From a virus (Duplodnaviria > Caudoviricetes): 64,000 bases of DNA. Position 1 is the first letter of the stretch; every line of letters begins with the position of its first letter. Both the position numbers and the translations under genes were made by a program. The stretch covers positions 1 through 64,000 of the IMG/VR virus record IMGVR_UViG_3300021958_000036; one strand, written 5' to 3'. Shown here piece by piece: positions 60,403 to 64,000 of this stretch. The notes under the pieces are model-generated. The model saw only the letters and a list, made by a program, of their open reading frames with translations. It had not been told where the DNA came from and ran no database searches.

Positions 60403-60954
60403 TTAAATCTCACCTTTGTACATTTTGTATGACAAGCTGTGATAAACCTCAGATATATCGTCAGCAATTGAAGAAAGGTGACTTCTTTGCCAGTCATCAA
60501 GTTCATATCCATCAGGAATCATATCATGAAGTTTTTGAGCGTATTCTGCTATTTTAAAAAGCTGTGACTTTGCCATATAGTTGTTATTGTGATCATGATG
60601 ACCTTTTGTTGCATCAACATCATAACCATGACTAGTCAGTACACCTAATGTATCGCCTATCATTCCCATTGAATCAATAGAGTAATCAGAATCATCATCT
60701 GCAGCCATGCAACCGCATTCATATAGTAAAACCCCATGCTTGCTACAAGATTCTTCCATTGCAGCATAGCCACACTCCATGCATTGCCCTTCATACATTG
60801 CACCGCCACACTCATAACACATTGTGTGTTTTTTATGTCTATAAGCTGCTTCTGGATCTAGGTCACTAGGTTGAACTAGTTCTGCTTCATCCATCATTTT
60901 TTGCATTTCTTCTAAAATCATTCTTTTTAGCATTGATTTTGATAATTTTGACAT
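60403..60954 (-). CDS. Cys/His-rich hypothetical protein with LKRMILEE leader
   Basis: Start MSKLSK at 60954 with GAGG SD and ATATTTA motif at 60998-61004; CxxC pairs. Confidence 0.6.
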   Translation of the reverse strand: MSKLSKSMLKRMILEEMQKMMDEAELVQPSDLDPEAAYRHKKHTMCYECGGAMYEGQCMECGYAAMEESCSKHGVLLYECGCMAADDDSDYSIDSMGMIGDTLGVLTSHGYDVDATKGHHDHNNNYMAKSQLFKIAEYAQKLHDMIPDGYELDDWQRSHLSSIADDISEVYHSLSYKMYKGEI

Positions 60955-60964
60955 TGTATACCTC

Positions 60965-61927
60965 TTAAAACATCGATCCTGATGTAATTCCATTGATTAA
61001 ATATGTTACCCGTTCAACATTATCAAAAGGTTTTGCGTTTGATATCCAATAGTCAACTTCTTCTTTTGTCATATCACCAAAATCTTTACCTTTATGCATT
61101 GAAATCTTGACATCAACACAAAACTCTGACAGTAGCTTAGCAATCTTTTGTGTCTTCATCATAGCGTCAGGATCAAAGCATAGCGTAACAGAGGTTCTAT
61201 TCTTTACAATTTTCTGAAACAATAGATAGTTTTTATCTAACCAGCTACCTAGACAACAAGTAGAATTTTCAGGGCAATTAATTAAATCAAAAACACCTTC
61301 TGTTAAAATCAATTCTTTGCTAAAATCAATTCCGATTTCATTGAATATGACATCTTTTCTTTGTTTTTTGCAATTGTTATATCGATATTTGTTATCTTTT
61401 TCAATTGTTCTTGAGATGTAATAGTTTAAGTTTTGCTCTTCATCAAACGAAGGAAATATGACTCTGTTCTTAAAACCGAATTCATCACTAATTCCAACTT
61501 TAAACCGCCATAAGTCTTTGTATTTGAATCCACGTTCTTTTAAATAAGCAAGGGACAGTCTTGCTTGATGATTACTACTTCTACAATTAGCAAGAAGTCT
61601 AAAATCTTCAGGTAAAGTAACTTTCTCTTCAATTTCTTCTTCAGACTCTGAATCTTCATCAGATCTAAAAACATTGTAGAGTTTAGAGGCTGCGTCTCTT
61701 TGTTTACAGTGTTTAAGTGCTAATCTGCCAACATTCTTGCCTTTAGATTCGCAAACCCAGCAATGATATACACCAGTATCTAGACTGATGGAAAGTTTAA
61801 GCTTGTTACTTTTACCGTTACTTTCACAGACAGGACAAAATACAGTAGCATTTTTACCGCTTGAGCTTATCTTTGGCAGACCAAATGTAGCTTCAATTAA
61901 ATCAACTTTTTGTTTTACAGTTATCAT
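60965..61927 (-). CDS. DNA primase (Zn finger plus TOPRIM)
   Basis: 'CPVC...YHCWVC', 'YLKERG', 'RVIFP', 'EGVFD', 'FDPDA', 'KDFGD'. Confidence 0.88.
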   Translation of the reverse strand: MITVKQKVDLIEATFGLPKISSSGKNATVFCPVCESNGKSNKLKLSISLDTGVYHCWVCESKGKNVGRLALKHCKQRDAASKLYNVFRSDEDSESEEEIEEKVTLPEDFRLLANCRSSNHQARLSLAYLKERGFKYKDLWRFKVGISDEFGFKNRVIFPSFDEEQNLNYYISRTIEKDNKYRYNNCKKQRKDVIFNEIGIDFSKELILTEGVFDLINCPENSTCCLGSWLDKNYLLFQKIVKNRTSVTLCFDPDAMMKTQKIAKLLSEFCVDVKISMHKGKDFGDMTKEEVDYWISNAKPFDNVERVTYLINGITSGSMF

Positions 61928-61950
61928 GAAAACATAATAACATTTTAATT

Positions 61951-62496
61951 TTACTTTTTCATTGCACAGTATGCTTTTGCAATAACATATGCATCAGCCA
62001 TGTCAAAACAACAAGCTTCTTTTACAATAACACCTTTTCTTGGGCCTGACTTTAAAGCCCTTTCAGGCCATTCGAAATTGTTTGGTGCTATTGCCATTAC
62101 TTGTTCTAAAACTTGCTCTTTGGTGTTCTTCTTTGATTTCCTGTCAATCTTAATACCCGCATGTTTTCGAGCTGTTGAGACATTTAAAGCTTCTGCCGCT
62201 ATTCCAAACTGATCAAAACAAAGCCATTGGACTATTCCGTTAAACTTTGCTAAAGTAAAGAGTGTTTTTGCTGAACTCGCACCAGAAGCAAAAGCTTGCA
62301 TAGATTCTTCAACAACAACTTTTTTAAAACCGTGTTGATACATCAGCTTCATTAGGTGCTTTTTTACTTCTTTTACCTTGTCGTAAAAAGAACCTGCTTT
62401 TGTAAGGTTCACGTGGCTTATTGCAACTGGGTTTCCCAACTCATCAAAAACACAAAACCCTGTTATTGATGTTGAGATGTCTATTCCTAATATCAC
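61951..62496 (-). CDS. ruvC: RuvC-like Holliday junction resolvase
   Basis: 'ILGIDIS...TG', 'VVVEE', 'DMADAYVIA'. Confidence 0.75.
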   Translation of the reverse strand: MILGIDISTSITGFCVFDELGNPVAISHVNLTKAGSFYDKVKEVKKHLMKLMYQHGFKKVVVEESMQAFASGASSAKTLFTLAKFNGIVQWLCFDQFGIAAEALNVSTARKHAGIKIDRKSKKNTKEQVLEQVMAIAPNNFEWPERALKSGPRKGVIVKEACCFDMADAYVIAKAYCAMKK

Positions 62497-64000
62497 TAAA
62501 AATCCTGCTTTAATCTTATTATAAACTCATCATCATCAGCCTTGATAATTGGCTGTGCAAATTGAGCTTTCATAATAATATTAAAGTTATTATCGTGAAT
62601 GTTAACCCCGGTGATGTATACTGTCTCTTTATCAGCATCATTAATGTTTTCAGAAGGAGGCATAGATTTAAAAGTTGCATTACTTGAAGAGTTAACAAGC
62701 CCCGTTTCAACTGGGATATTCATGATTAGCGTGTGAAGGTTTTGCTCACCTGTTAAAGATATCTCAGTTCTATCTTTGCAATAAAAAGACATGTGAGGTG
62801 ACTTAATCAAGACTAATCCTTCGTTATAATATATGTCGCCCACGTTATTCCAAGTTGCCTGCTTTGTTAAACAATCTGCTCGATATAAAGAACCATGTTC
62901 GTTGTCTTTTAGCTTTATCTTAACTATCCCACCAGAACCTGTAACAGAATTGTCAAAAATCTCAAAACTTCCGGGAGCAATTGTATTTCCATAATAAAGA
63001 TTAGATATGTCAAAAACAGTCATTTGATTGCTGTATGTTGTTCTCAATCTCGATGGAATAGAAAAGTAAGTTTGAAGCTCATAACCAGACACTAAAGAAA
63101 GTAGATCTAAATATGAGTCAGGTTTTGTTCCTACAAGCTGATGAAAAACATCTCCATCACTACCAGCACTTACTTGTGTTAATCTTTCTCCAACAAAACC
63201 TTCTCCAATATCTAACTCTTCAATGTAATCAGGATACTCAAGCCCACTGAGATCTTCGCGAAACTCACTACCATTACTAGCTAGAGATCTACGCTTATAC
63301 AGTATTTTGTCAAGACTTATCTTGTCAAAAGATTCATCTAGGTATCTAGCTTTTAGACTTGTCAGCCTAGCTGTGTTAAAAGCACTGTCAATCAAAGGCT
63401 GGTCTAGAAAATCAAGATTAAAATCAACAGGATAATAATTGGGAGAAAATTGACCATTATCTGAGGGCAAGATTGATAAGTTTCTTGCTTTAAGTTGGTC
63501 TCTAAAATAATTTGCGTGTTTAGTGTTTGGTGAAAAATTACCTATGTTACCTTCACTAGTCAGCATAACAGAGCTAGATAGTGATTGAAGTCTTGGATGC
63601 CCATAACCACCACCAAGGTTAGATCTTTTAAATTCTAAAACAAAATTTTCAAGATTAATATCTCTCATACCTTGTCTGTTAGATATGTCAACATTAAAAG
63701 GATGAAATGTTCTACTAAGGATTGTATTGTCTGGACCCCCATAACCATTTTCAAAGAATCCTGGTGCTTTCAAACCTATCAAAGGAATTTCTCTTCTTTT
63801 TCCATAATATGGAAAAAAGAAAACTGGAACATAAAACTTTAAGTTATCATATAAATTTGTTTCACCAGAAACATTTTCACCATTTTCGTTTAAGATGGGT
63901 TGATTGCTTATACCGTTGTATCTTAAATATTCTAACTCTTGATTGTTTAAATACTTGTTGAAAAACTTAACATCGTGAATTTCAGCATTTAATCTATTTG
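62496..64000 (-). CDS. Partial virion structural protein (5' end outside the window)
   Basis: The frame stays open from 63782 to the window edge ('NRLNAEIHDVKFFNKYL', LamG-like end); C-terminus 'VGDIYYNEG...YITGVNIHD...MKAQFAQPIIK'. Confidence 0.6.
   Translation of the reverse strand, partial: NRLNAEIHDVKFFNKYLNNQELEYLRYNGISNQPILNENGENVSGETNLYDNLKFYVPVFFFPYYGKRREIPLIGLKAPGFFENGYGGPDNTILSRTFHPFNVDISNRQGMRDINLENFVLEFKRSNLGGGYGHPRLQSLSSSVMLTSEGNIGNFSPNTKHANYFRDQLKARNLSILPSDNGQFSPNYYPVDFNLDFLDQPLIDSAFNTARLTSLKARYLDESFDKISLDKILYKRRSLASNGSEFREDLSGLEYPDYIEELDIGEGFVGERLTQVSAGSDGDVFHQLVGTKPDSYLDLLSLVSGYELQTYFSIPSRLRTTYSNQMTVFDISNLYYGNTIAPGSFEIFDNSVTGSGGIVKIKLKDNEHGSLYRADCLTKQATWNNVGDIYYNEGLVLIKSPHMSFYCKDRTEISLTGEQNLHTLIMNIPVETGLVNSSSNATFKSMPPSENINDADKETVYITGVNIHDNNFNIIMKAQFAQPIIKADDDEFIIRLKQDF

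Noticed and set aside
1-64000. Stop-codon reassignment (seen in some jumbo phages)
   Set aside because: Genes are full-length and densely packed under code 11, and TAA, TAG and TGA all end genes.
1-64000. CRISPR array, tRNA or rRNA genes
   Set aside because: Intergenic gaps are under ~110 nt and I saw no repeat-spacer or cloverleaf patterns; tRNAscan was not run.

Overview
This 64-kb window is part of an AT-rich, T4-like (contractile-tailed, probably jumbo) bacteriophage genome. It uses the standard code 11 and almost all genes lie on the minus strand. It holds a near-complete virion morphogenesis module: terminase, portal, prohead protease, scaffold, major capsid, neck and tail-completion proteins, two paralogous tail sheaths, tube, chaperone, tape measure and baseplate. 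It also holds a replication/recombination module (primase, helicase, SSB, RecA, 5'-3' exonuclease, a minimal PolA, fused Mre11-Rad50, RuvC, class II RNR), an amidase endolysin, ClpP, Dps, a MoxR/VWA pair and two free-standing endonucleases. Four signals stand out. (1) About ten unrelated proteins, including a DEDDh exonuclease and a PAP2-phosphatase/Fic fusion, share an N-terminal basic amphipathic leader ending in [LIV]-x-E, which suggests a capsid-targeting and protease-maturation cargo system. (2) The ssb 5' UTR is six tandem 7-nt units, a candidate SSB autoregulatory operator. (3) There is a candidate +1 (or -2) programmed frameshift in the tail chaperone. (4) Two promoter classes are visible: sigma70-like [A/T]TG-N-AA-N17-TATAAT and a putative late ATANTTA motif. 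All calls come from motif reading by eye; no database searches were run.
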